DNA from: an uncultured delta proteobacterium
Lineage (GTDB): Bacteria; Desulfobacterota; Syntrophorhabdia; Syntrophorhabdales; WCHB1-27
DNA length: 64,000 bases
NCBI GenBank assembly: GCA_963810935.1
Contig: CAWEPK010000010.1
Location: forward strand, 192,001 to 256,000
Direction: 5' to 3'
This document shows, piece after piece, positions 38,964 through 47,438 of this stretch (the first letter of the stretch is position 1; each line of letters opens with the position of its first letter). The translations under genes and the position numbers were made by a program. Below the pieces are notes generated by a model. That model made no database searches. It saw only the letters and a list, made by a program, of their open reading frames with translations, and was not told the origin of the DNA.

Positions 38964-40850
38964 CTATGGCGCCTCCACGCTTATCTCCACTCGTGCCGGG
39001 CGCATCTGCGAAAGCAGCAGCAGCGCGAAGAGTACCGCCCCTGCAAGGAGGAGCCAGAAGGAAGGCGCGACAAGACAGAGGGCGGCGGCTCCCGCGAGGA
39101 GCCTCTCGAAAATATTCAGTTTCCTTTGGAAGTATCCCTCGCAGGCCACGGCCAGGGACCATATGCCTATCATCGCTGCGACCACCGTGACAACCAACTG
39201 GAACCAGGGACCGACCAGGAGGAGCTTGTAGTTATAGGCAAACATGATGGGTATGATAAATGCCACCAGGGCCATCCTGGTAGAAAGCCAGCCGACCCTC
39301 CACCCGTTTGCCTCCGCTATGGCGGCGGCCGTGTAAGCGGCGCTCGCGTCGGGGGGCGTGATAAGGGCGAGGCAGGAATAGTAGAAGGCGTAGAGATGGG
39401 CCGCGAAAGGCGCCAGGCCGAGCGAGATGAGGGCCGGTATCACGGTCGACGCCTGGAGGATGTAGGCAGGTGTGGTGGGCATGCCGAGACCCAGGAGGAA
39501 GGAGATCAAGAGGCCCAGCATCAGGCCCATGAAGAGACTCCCGCCCACGATGGCGCCGAAGGCGCTGCTTATGCGCTGGCCGAAGCCGGTGATGTCGACG
39601 GAGCCTACGATGAGACCGGCGGCAGCCGTGGACGCCATAACGATGAGTATGTTTTTTGCACCGCCTTCGAAGGCGGAGAGAAGACCGGTCAGGCTCAGCC
39701 TCGTGTTCTTCCTGGACTGGCTTATGGCGATTGCCGCAAGTATGCCGTATCCGCCTGCGAACCTGGGTGAGTAGCCGGAGATCAAAAGGGCCAGGAGCAC
39801 CGCGACGGGCACGATCATGTGACCGTAGGTCTTCAGGGTCCCGAGGATCGTAGTCCCGGAGTCCACCCCTTTCAGCCCGAGCTTCTTGGCCTCTATGTGG
39901 ACCGTCGCGAATAGGCTGAAATAGTAAAGGATAGCCGGAAAAAGCGCATAACGGAGGATCGTCGCGTAGGGTATGCCGCTGAAAGCGGCCATCACGAAGG
40001 CGCACGCGCCCATGACGGGAGGCGTCATCTGACCGCCGCAGGAAGCGGCCGCTTCTACGGAGGCGGCGAACTCGGAAGGATACCCCGCCTTCTTCATCAT
40101 GGGTATGGTGATGCTCCCGACGGTAGCCACGTTCGCCGACGTGCTGCCCGTGATGGAGCCGAAAAAGGAGCTTCCGATGATGGCCACCTTCGCGGGGCCG
40201 CCCGTCATGCGGCCCGTGAGAGACGTGGCGATGTCGCTGATGAGCTGCGAGCCCCCGGTCCGCATAAGTATGGAGCCGAATATGATGAAGAGGGCAATGT
40301 CCGTCGCGGAGACGCCGAGGGGTAGGCCGAAGATGCCGCCCAGGGAAAGGTAGAAGAAGTCGAGGAGGTCGCTGATCGTGTGAGGGGTCGTATGGAGCAC
40401 TGACGGCAGGTAGGGACCAATGAATGGATAGATGAGAAAGGCTATGACGCAGTAGAGAAGGCCCGCGCTCACGACTCTTTTGGCCGCTGTCAGGACGACG
40501 AAGATCATCATCGCGCCGAGCACCTTCTCATACCAGAAGAGGGGTGTGACAAAGGCAAACCGCTCGTTAACCACGTACTCGTAGAAAAAGAGGAGATAGC
40601 CTATCCCGGTGAGGGCCATGAGCACGAGTATCCAGCTCCAGAGCGAGGGCTTTGCCTGCCCGCCTTTGTTGGACAGCAGGAAGACGAGGATGAGGCCCAG
40701 GCCCAGGTGAACGCTCCGCTGCATGAGTGCGTCGAAGACACCGAACAGGGCCGTGTAGATGTGGAAGAGGCAAAGAAGCGTTGCCGCGACGAGACATATT
40801 TTCTTGTGTAAGGGACGGGCCGTCCACAAAGTGCTCCAATCGTTGCTCAT
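38964..40850 (-). CDS. TRAP transporter fused 4TM/12TM permease (TAXI type)
   Basis: GIFG.P, GGPAK, GS..ANV, EAAAS.GGQ..PPVMG, GMPT, ITPP. Confidence 0.92.
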   Translation of the reverse strand: MSNDWSTLWTARPLHKKICLVAATLLCLFHIYTALFGVFDALMQRSVHLGLGLILVFLLSNKGGQAKPSLWSWILVLMALTGIGYLLFFYEYVVNERFAFVTPLFWYEKVLGAMMIFVVLTAAKRVVSAGLLYCVIAFLIYPFIGPYLPSVLHTTPHTISDLLDFFYLSLGGIFGLPLGVSATDIALFIIFGSILMRTGGSQLISDIATSLTGRMTGGPAKVAIIGSSFFGSITGSTSANVATVGSITIPMMKKAGYPSEFAASVEAAASCGGQMTPPVMGACAFVMAAFSGIPYATILRYALFPAILYYFSLFATVHIEAKKLGLKGVDSGTTILGTLKTYGHMIVPVAVLLALLISGYSPRFAGGYGILAAIAISQSRKNTRLSLTGLLSAFEGGAKNILIVMASTAAAGLIVGSVDITGFGQRISSAFGAIVGGSLFMGLMLGLLISFLLGLGMPTTPAYILQASTVIPALISLGLAPFAAHLYAFYYSCLALITPPDASAAYTAAAIAEANGWRVGWLSTRMALVAFIIPIMFAYNYKLLLVGPWFQLVVTVVAAMIGIWSLAVACEGYFQRKLNIFERLLAGAAALCLVAPSFWLLLAGAVLFALLLLSQMRPARVEISVEAP

Positions 40851-40867
40851 AACAGCTACTCCTCAGT

Positions 40868-41818
40868 CTACTTAACCCAGCCGCGTTCCTTATAATATTT
40901 GAGGGCGCCGGGGTGAAAGGGGATGCCCGCGTCCTTCGCCATATCCTGCACCTTCGTATACCCCATCGATTTGAGAATGCCGGGGTACCGGCCGAAATTC
41001 TCCGCTATCACCTTGACGATCCTGTAAGCGACCTCGTCCGGCATGTCGCTCCTGCATATGATGTGTGTCCTTGCCGCGACCGTCTTCACGGGCGCATCCA
41101 TGCCCCTGTAGAGACCCGCCGGAAGCGAATATGCCTCAACGCCCCTGAACCGGGTCATGGCCTTCACCTTGTCGTCGGGCAGCGAGAGGAGCTTCAGTTT
41201 TTGCTGGGAGCTGACGTTGAGTATGGAGGGGGCAGGGAAGGCCGTCGTGAAGAGCAGCGCGTCGAGATGACCGTCGACCATGAGCTGCGCCGCGTCCTCG
41301 AAACTACAGAACTGCACTTTCATGTCCCTGTACGAGACGCCGTAAGCTTTCAGGATTCTCTGCGCCTCGACGTCGCTCGAATTGCCCTTGGCCGATGGGC
41401 TTACCCTCTTGCCTCTCAGGTCAGCGGGGCTGTTGATCCCGGAAGCCACCCTCACCGCGAGCTGCATCGCCATGGGATAGATGGTCGCGAGATTCCGTAT
41501 GTTCTTGACGGGCTGTTTGAAGAACCCGACCCCGTCCCATGCCTCGGCGGTCGTGTCGGTGATGCTGAAGCCCACGTTGAACTTGCCGCTGCCCACGCCC
41601 ATGATGTTGGCCGTCGTCGTGCTCGGCAACGTCGAGCCCGTGATCTCAGGGTACGTCTTCTTGACGTCTTCGAGCATGGCGGTCCCTATAAGCTGCCACG
41701 TACCGCCCGCAACTATGGTGCCCCACTGGACCTCGTACTTCGCGGCGAAAGCGCTGCCACTGAAAAGCAGGACCAGTGCCAGAGCCGGTAACGTTCTGTT
41801 CCAGAAAAGATTTCTCAT
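40868..41818 (-). CDS. TAXI family TRAP solute-binding protein
   Basis: Signal peptide; GGTW, DLRGKRVS, DGHLDA, IPFHPGA.KYYKE.G. Confidence 0.92.
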   Translation of the reverse strand: MRNLFWNRTLPALALVLLFSGSAFAAKYEVQWGTIVAGGTWQLIGTAMLEDVKKTYPEITGSTLPSTTTANIMGVGSGKFNVGFSITDTTAEAWDGVGFFKQPVKNIRNLATIYPMAMQLAVRVASGINSPADLRGKRVSPSAKGNSSDVEAQRILKAYGVSYRDMKVQFCSFEDAAQLMVDGHLDALLFTTAFPAPSILNVSSQQKLKLLSLPDDKVKAMTRFRGVEAYSLPAGLYRGMDAPVKTVAARTHIICRSDMPDEVAYRIVKVIAENFGRYPGILKSMGYTKVQDMAKDAGIPFHPGALKYYKERGWVK

Positions 41819-41828
41819 GACTTGTTCC

Positions 41829-43238
41829 TTAAACTTTGCCAAATCCCTTGACGAAGTCCTCGAGTCTCACGGACCCCCATCCCATCGGCCTGCACCGGGT
41901 GAAACGGTTCCGCTCCTCCTTCCGGAAGAGGGACGGCTTCGTCGCATCGATGCCCATCTTCCCGCCCATCCTCTGCCATGTCTGTTCGCCGGGAGGCGAT
42001 ATCTGTGGGCACGAGGGGTCCATCGGGTGTATCCGGTTGCCTTCCGTGCGGATGATGTCTCTTTCAGGATTGACGCGCGTGGAGACCGCCCACCACAGAT
42101 CGGCGGGGTCCTCGATATTGACGTCTTCGTCGACCGCTACCGCGATCTTTGGATGCAGGTAATTGCATGAAAGGGCGGACATCAACGCATCCTTGACCTG
42201 TCCCTCGTAGTGCGCGGTGAGTTTCAGAACCACAAGCCACGCGCTTCCCCAGATGGGTACCATGACATCGTGCACATCGAGGCTTCCGCCGTGCAGACTG
42301 CTGACCCTGCGGTAGATATCGGCCTCGATGGGAAGGCCGATGAGCGACTGGTGTTCCGTGAACTCCGTCGCCTGTATGCTCCGGAAGATAGCGTCGTGGC
42401 GCATGGTGATGGCCGTCACCTCGAAGACGGGGTTTTTGCCCTCACCGGAGAAGAAACACGTAAACTCACCGAAAGGCCCCTCTTCTTCCCTGACGCCCGC
42501 CTTCACGTAGCCTTCGATGACTATCTCAGCGTAAGCTGGAACGTCGAGATCTATCGTCTCGGCCGGAACCAGCTCGGCGGGCTCGCCAAGGAGCCTGCTG
42601 GCAACCTGGAACTCATCCATCTCGTATGGTCCCGACACGTTCGTCGCAATATCCCACGCCGGATGGTGGCCGATTGCGACCGCCATCGGCATGTCGCGGC
42701 CCAGCGCCTCGTACTTGCTGAACTGCACCCATGTGTGGCGGGGCACCATCATGACCCCCATTTTCCTCGGGCCCTTCGCCTGCATCCTCAGGCATGCGAC
42801 GTTCCGGTTGCCCGTCTCCGGGTCCTTAGTGATGTTCATGCCGGAGCCGATGAACCGTCCGGCGTCGATGTTCGACATTTTCGTGATGGGGATATCGAAG
42901 ATGTTTGCCTTCTCCCCGATAAATATGCGTTCTTTCACGGGCCCCGTCGCCACGCGTTTGCACTCGCCGCCCTGTGCCGCGAGGACTTGCGCGAGATAGC
43001 GGGCGACACTTCCGGAGGAGCTGCCCATTGCCAGTGCCTGACTTTTCCGCGTCCGCACCAGGTCATCAACGACCCGCCACGAGTCGTAGCCCTTGATCGT
43101 CTTGAAGATGATGGGGCCCGGCGCCTTGGATGCGAGCTCGGCCAGCTCGTTGACAGGGTCCACCTCCCTCTCGACCGTCAAAAGATCGCTCCCCAGCTCT
43201 TCGATGAAAGTCCTCAGATCTTTGGGCATTTCGCTCAT
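41829..43238 (-). CDS. UbiD-family prFMN-dependent (de)carboxylase
   Basis: DLRTFI, DAGRFI, PRH, AEIVIEG, EEGPFGEF, VDEDVNI, MGIDAT. Confidence 0.92.
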   Translation of the reverse strand: MSEMPKDLRTFIEELGSDLLTVEREVDPVNELAELASKAPGPIIFKTIKGYDSWRVVDDLVRTRKSQALAMGSSSGSVARYLAQVLAAQGGECKRVATGPVKERIFIGEKANIFDIPITKMSNIDAGRFIGSGMNITKDPETGNRNVACLRMQAKGPRKMGVMMVPRHTWVQFSKYEALGRDMPMAVAIGHHPAWDIATNVSGPYEMDEFQVASRLLGEPAELVPAETIDLDVPAYAEIVIEGYVKAGVREEEGPFGEFTCFFSGEGKNPVFEVTAITMRHDAIFRSIQATEFTEHQSLIGLPIEADIYRRVSSLHGGSLDVHDVMVPIWGSAWLVVLKLTAHYEGQVKDALMSALSCNYLHPKIAVAVDEDVNIEDPADLWWAVSTRVNPERDIIRTEGNRIHPMDPSCPQISPPGEQTWQRMGGKMGIDATKPSLFRKEERNRFTRCRPMGWGSVRLEDFVKGFGKV

Positions 43239-43436
43239 CCCTCCTTGTTCTGTGCGTTTCTTATGGCGTCCGGCCCTCTCGACCGGTCCCTGATAGTCGA
43301 TAAGCATTTACTTTGTTCAAACAACAATGAGTTTGTCAAGGGCTTATGCAAACTCGCGCACTGCCCTCCAATCGGCTCGCGCCCGCCCACGCTTCAACCG
43401 TAACGCGTCGGGACAAGCTCCGGGGAAGCGCTGCAA

Positions 43437-43589
43437 ATGAGCGTCAGCGAGATGATAAATCCTTGCAACACGAATGCCAACGGCTTCGATGCGGCCCTCC
43501 TGGGCCTCGTGGTGATAGCCGCCATCTGGGCAGTCGTGGGCTTTCTGATGCCGGAGGTAGGGCAAAGCGCCAAGCGGTCTGAAATGTAG
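43437..43589 (+). CDS. small single-TM protein (50 aa), below the ORF track cutoff
   Basis: MSVSEMINPCNTNANGFDAALLGLVVIAAIWAVVGFLMPEVGQSAKRSEM*; GC-rich third positions in the TM part; downstream terminator. Confidence 0.5.
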   Translation: MSVSEMINPCNTNANGFDAALLGLVVIAAIWAVVGFLMPEVGQSAKRSEM

Positions 43590-43668
43590 TCGCAACCAAT
43601 TGCTGTTCAATAAAGCGATATTATCGGCTGATGTAGCAGCGAGACCGTTTTTTGCAGTTTGCTTGCTG

Positions 43669-43710
43669 CGGCGCTTCCACCGGGACGCATGGAAGCGCCG
43701 TTTCTTTCTC
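43669..43710 (+). terminator. rho-independent terminator
   Basis: 11-bp perfect stem CGGCGCTTCCA / TGGAAGCGCCG followed by TTTCTTTC; lies between convergent genes. Confidence 0.65.
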
Positions 43711-43715
43711 TCCCG

Positions 43716-43979
43716 CTATTTCTTCTTTGGTGGCGGGGCCGGCTTCGCGGTGGCCGCCGTGCCTGAAGCCTTCTGGACCGGCGCCCCTTTCACCGTGGGC
43801 GGAGGCGGGGGAAGATTGACGGGAACCCTGGCCGTGCTTAACTCGTTCCCCTGGCCTGTGGCCGGCCTGCTGTTGTCGAAAACCTGGCCTGCCGTAGAGG
43901 TCTGCTGGGCCAAAAGGCCGCCGGCAGCGAAGAACAGAAATAACAATGCGAGACCTGTGAAACTACCGATACGCTTCAT
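43716..43979 (-). CDS. small secreted Pro/Ala/Thr-rich protein
   Basis: AAAGGAGG RBS; signal peptide ending LLA|QQ; PPPPP tract; KKK tail. Confidence 0.75.
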   Translation of the reverse strand: MKRIGSFTGLALLFLFFAAGGLLAQQTSTAGQVFDNSRPATGQGNELSTARVPVNLPPPPPTVKGAPVQKASGTAATAKPAPPPKKK

Positions 43980-44002
43980 GATTCCTCCTTTGTTTCTGAT
44001 AT

Positions 44003-44416
44003 TCAGACGTAGACCTCCTGAAGCTTTTCAAGGACCTTGAGGATGGTGCCCACGATCTCTTCCGGCCTTCCGTCCATAGGGTCGATTGTGACCATCGGTG
44101 TCAGGCCCGCAGGCGAGAGGATGGCGATATTGTACCGGCTCCCGGCTTGCAGATCCTCCAGGTATTCAGGCATTGAATCGGAGTAGACCATCAGGGCGAT
44201 ATAGTAATCGTGAAGAAGGTTACGGAGCCTTTCATTCAACGGCATGGCTCGCAGCACACCCTGTAAAAAGGGTGCGATAACGGGGTCGGGATTGGCCACG
44301 AACAGAAGGACGGGGCGGTCCCGTTCCTCTATCGTCCCGAGCGTATCGTCATTCCATTCGTGCCAGAGGATGCCGTCTTTCGGAAATTCGGGCCGGGCGT
44401 CGAAGGATGATGTCAT
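44003..44416 (-). CDS. thioredoxin-fold-like protein resembling DUF255/YyaL N-terminal domain, no Cys
   Basis: ILWHEW......E.DRPVLLF, L..LL...YI, ILSP.G pattern; GGGGAG RBS. Confidence 0.55.
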   Translation of the reverse strand: MTSSFDARPEFPKDGILWHEWNDDTLGTIEERDRPVLLFVANPDPVIAPFLQGVLRAMPLNERLRNLLHDYYIALMVYSDSMPEYLEDLQAGSRYNIAILSPAGLTPMVTIDPMDGRPEEIVGTILKVLEKLQEVYV

Positions 44417-44487
44417 TTGATGCTCCCCGTAAAGACGGGCCGGATGCTCACAAAATCATGAAATTCCCGGCCGCGAGAACAGCCCCG

Positions 44488-44823
44488 TCATTTCGCGACA
44501 GGTTCTTTCTCTGCCGTCCCTGTGGCGGACGTCCCCGTAGTTCCCGGCTCGCCGGGGGCGGCGCCCTTTTGACCCGACGGAGGGGCAGGCCGTGGACGCT
44601 GGACCCCGTATTTGACGACCGGCTCGATTTTGTACGGCCGGTCCGGGGCCGGCGTCAATCTATCCGACGGGTACGGGGGCGGCGGCCCGTATTTGACCTT
44701 AAACCCACCGTCAGGCTGCTGCGCGCCGGACTTACCCGACAGCAGCAGCATACCACATAGGAACAGCCAGACGATCTTCCTGAAGCTGAACAGCTTTCTT
44801 GCCAATGCTTCTATAATTCTCAT
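44488..44823 (-). CDS. secreted Pro-rich protein with two VKYG motifs; candidate substrate of the adjacent radical SAM enzyme
   Basis: ATG overlaps the rSAM stop (ATGA), AAGGAG RBS; signal peptide SGA|QQ; FKVKYGPPPP and PVVKYGVQRP. Confidence 0.8.
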   Translation of the reverse strand: MRIIEALARKLFSFRKIVWLFLCGMLLLSGKSGAQQPDGGFKVKYGPPPPYPSDRLTPAPDRPYKIEPVVKYGVQRPRPAPPSGQKGAAPGEPGTTGTSATGTAEKEPVAK

Positions 44824-45918
44824 ACACACTCCTTGCCGTGAAGGCAGTTGAAGTGACAGACGTCCGGTGCGTTCGTGTCGAAATTCCACAGGTGGAGGCT
44901 GTTTCCCTTGCATATCCACCATTGCGCGCAGTCCCGGCAACTCCCCTGCCTCATCCACTGCCGGTCCCTGAACGGCTGGAACTTGTTCTCCCAGCAATCT
45001 GCGAAAGATTCCTTTCGGATGTTGCCCTGGACGAGCCTCCTCGATACGCTGGGGCAGGCCGATATCTCCCCGTGCGCGAGGATGCCGCCTATCTCTATGC
45101 CCGCCCGGCAACTGTAGAAGGCGTCCCTCACTTCCCTTTCGAGCTCGCACCCGAGGAAACCCTCCTCGTCTACCGATACGCGCATAGGCGCGCCTGCTTT
45201 CCTGGCATCTCTCGCGAACTCATAGAGCTTTCTGTAGTCGCCCGGCCGCAAAAGGAGGTCGTAGTTCCCTTTGGCCCTTCCGCCGGGAAACAGCGTGATG
45301 AGACGCCATTCCCGGACCCCCTCTTTTTCGATGAACTCGTGGATGTCCGGCAGCTTGTCTACGGTTCTCCTGGAAACGGTCGTAGCGACTTCGAGGCCCG
45401 AAAGAAACGCACGGTCCCCCAAGGCCCGAATGGCGCCTACCGCCCTGTCGAATGAATCCGCGTTCCGTCTCAGCCAGTTGTGGTCCTCCTTCAGGCCGTC
45501 GAGGCTGACCGTGACCGTGCTCATGCCGGTAGCCCGGCATTTTTCGATCGCCTCTTCCGTCATCGCGAACCCGTTAGTGACCATCCCCCACGGGAAGCCG
45601 AGCGCCGAGATCCTTTCGGTCACCGCGAAGATGTCCTTTCGCAGCAAGGGCTCGCCTCCGGTGATGGCGACCATTATACCTTTCGGGTCGTACCGCCCGG
45701 CGACCGATTCGAAGCCGCCTATGATCTCTTCCGTTGTCAACTCGAGCCGCGTGTCTTTGGCGGACGAGCAATCGCTGCCGCAGTGAAGGCAGTCTGAGGT
45801 TGCAAGCGAGCGTCGCCTCCCAAAAGAGGTACCGCAGGCTGTGCTCCATTGTGGCCAGGCGCAGGTATCGCGACCACGCCCTTAACTGGAGCCGTTTCTT
45901 AAAGTTACCGAGCACCAT
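44820..45918 (-). CDS. radical SAM/SPASM protein (TIGR04133-like); apparent +1 frameshift at 45792
   Basis: Removing one base restores LFWEATLACNLRCLHCGSDC (CX3CX2C); ITGGEPL, VTNG, SLDG; SPASM C.AG...G.ISACPS..QGN..W...F..FRDR.W...C..C.....C.GN..H. Confidence 0.88.
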
Positions 45919-46031
45919 GCAATTACCATGTTAACATAGTGCGCCGTCAATCATCCAGAGGGCCGGAGCGAAAAGATGAAGAAACGCTGCCGATATGGTA
46001 GAAATACATCCAGAGGAGCAGTTAACAGCCA

Positions 46032-46523
46032 ATGAAAAAATCATCAGGAACGATCGTAGCGATAATGGCGGTAGTTATCTTGGCAGGGACTTTTATTACG
46101 GCGAAATGTGCGACGGCAGGGGAGACCGGAAGGGATGGCCGTTTCATTGCCTATGACAACGGGACGGTCCTGGACAACGGGACTAACCTGATGTGGGCGG
46201 CCCATGACAGCGGGTCGAACATCAACCGGGATGATGCCAAGAGTTATTGCGAGCATTATCGGGGAGGCGGATATACGGACTGGCGGATGCCGACGGGGAA
46301 TGAGCTGGCGGCGTTGTATGATACGGGTAAAATTTATATGTCCAACTGTGGGAATCCTGTCTACTTAACGGCGTTGATTCATCTTACATGCAGCTCGATC
46401 TGGGCTTCAGAGGCACGTGATTCCGACGCCGCCACCTTCTATTTCGACTTTGGCAAACTTTATTGGGCTCCACAGTCCCAAACTATCAACTACCGGGCGC
46501 TTCCCGTGCGTTCCGGCAAATAG
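46032..46523 (+). CDS. exported DUF1566 (CLec-like) domain protein
   Basis: Signal peptide; DNGTVLD..TNLMW, A..YC, GGYTDWRMPT..EL, W.S, C-terminal RALPVRSGK. Confidence 0.88.
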   Translation: MKKSSGTIVAIMAVVILAGTFITAKCATAGETGRDGRFIAYDNGTVLDNGTNLMWAAHDSGSNINRDDAKSYCEHYRGGGYTDWRMPTGNELAALYDTGKIYMSNCGNPVYLTALIHLTCSSIWASEARDSDAATFYFDFGKLYWAPQSQTINYRALPVRSGK

Positions 46524-46573
46524 CTTATTTGGCCATTTTCTTTTGGCCGGAGGTGAGGGCTTTTTCATTCAAT

Positions 46574-47233
46574 ATGACACCGAATAATTGCAGGCCAATC
46601 ATTTGCACTGTCGTTTCTGCTGCTATCCTGTTTGCGTTGCTTCCCGCGCAGGCACATGCCGACCCGTGCACTACGGAAATTCCCAAAGCAATACGGCTCC
46701 TGGAAGAAGGCGTCGACGTCAACACCCACGACGAATATAAGAGGACCTCTCTCCACTATGCGGCATTCTGTGGCAAGACCGAATTGGCCGGGCTGCTGAT
46801 CAAGAAAGGCGCGGACGTCAGCGCCCCGGACGAGGGCCAGAGTACCCCTCTGCATACAGCGGCTTGTGGAGGCGTAGGCCATGCCGATGTGGCTGCTCTG
46901 CTGATTGAAAAAGGCGCAGATGTGAACGCCCGGGACAAAGAGCAGGCCACACCCCTCCACATTGCGGCCGGCGGAGACGATCTCTTGTTGGTTGCTTTGC
47001 TGATTAAGAAAGGCGCCGATGTGAACGCCAGGGACAAGGACCGGAGGACTCCGCTGCACGAAGCGGCATTATTAGGAGCAGGCAATATCAAGGTGGCTGC
47101 TCTGCTGATTAAGAAAGGCGCCGATGCAAACGCCCAGGATAAGGAGCACGACACGCCGGCCATGCTTGCGGAGAAGAATGGCTATACCGAACTTGCCGCC
47201 ATGCTGCGTAAGGCCCAGGGTAAAAGAAAATAG
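46574..47233 (+). CDS. exported ankyrin-repeat protein
   Basis: Signal peptide AHA|D; repeated TPLH.AA...LLI.KGADVNA.D units. Confidence 0.92.
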   Translation: MTPNNCRPIICTVVSAAILFALLPAQAHADPCTTEIPKAIRLLEEGVDVNTHDEYKRTSLHYAAFCGKTELAGLLIKKGADVSAPDEGQSTPLHTAACGGVGHADVAALLIEKGADVNARDKEQATPLHIAAGGDDLLLVALLIKKGADVNARDKDRRTPLHEAALLGAGNIKVAALLIKKGADANAQDKEHDTPAMLAEKNGYTELAAMLRKAQGKRK

Positions 47234-47383
47234 GTATGGTGCGTGGTGGCCACCGAGGTCGGGTCCTGTAATTTGCATTGCCGGCTATCAACATTTTTGT
47301 GCCCATATCCCTGCATCTTCCTTTGCACCTCCGCGAGCTGACGGTCTTATCCCAATATAATCCAGGAAAATTTATCTTTGGGC

Positions 47384-47410
47384 TTAAGTTTTTATTAGAG
47401 CTTCCGATAG
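47384..47410 (+). promoter_or_regulatory. sigma28 (FliA/SigD)-type promoter
   Basis: TTAAGTTT-N11-TCCGATAG vs consensus TAAAGTTT-N11-GCCGATAA, 28 nt before ATG 47439. Confidence 0.65.
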
Positions 47411-47438
47411 TAACTACAGTAAAAGGAGAGGAGCGGCC

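Noticed and set aside
44824..45150. N-terminal extension of the 220-aa ORF 44488-45150
   Set aside because: It overlaps the rSAM SPASM domain in another frame; the RBS, ATGA coupling and signal peptide all point to a start at 44823.
45781..45800. Programmed frameshifting or phase variation at the rSAM and other split genes
   Set aside because: No slippery sequence or repeat tract at the sites; similar indels hit unrelated genes, so sequencing error is more parsimonious.
45970..45996. Second sigma28-like box (GAAA-N15-GCCGATAT) before the DUF1566 gene
   Set aside because: The -35 part is poor, and the adjacent TGGTAGAAA could equally be an extended sigma70 -10.
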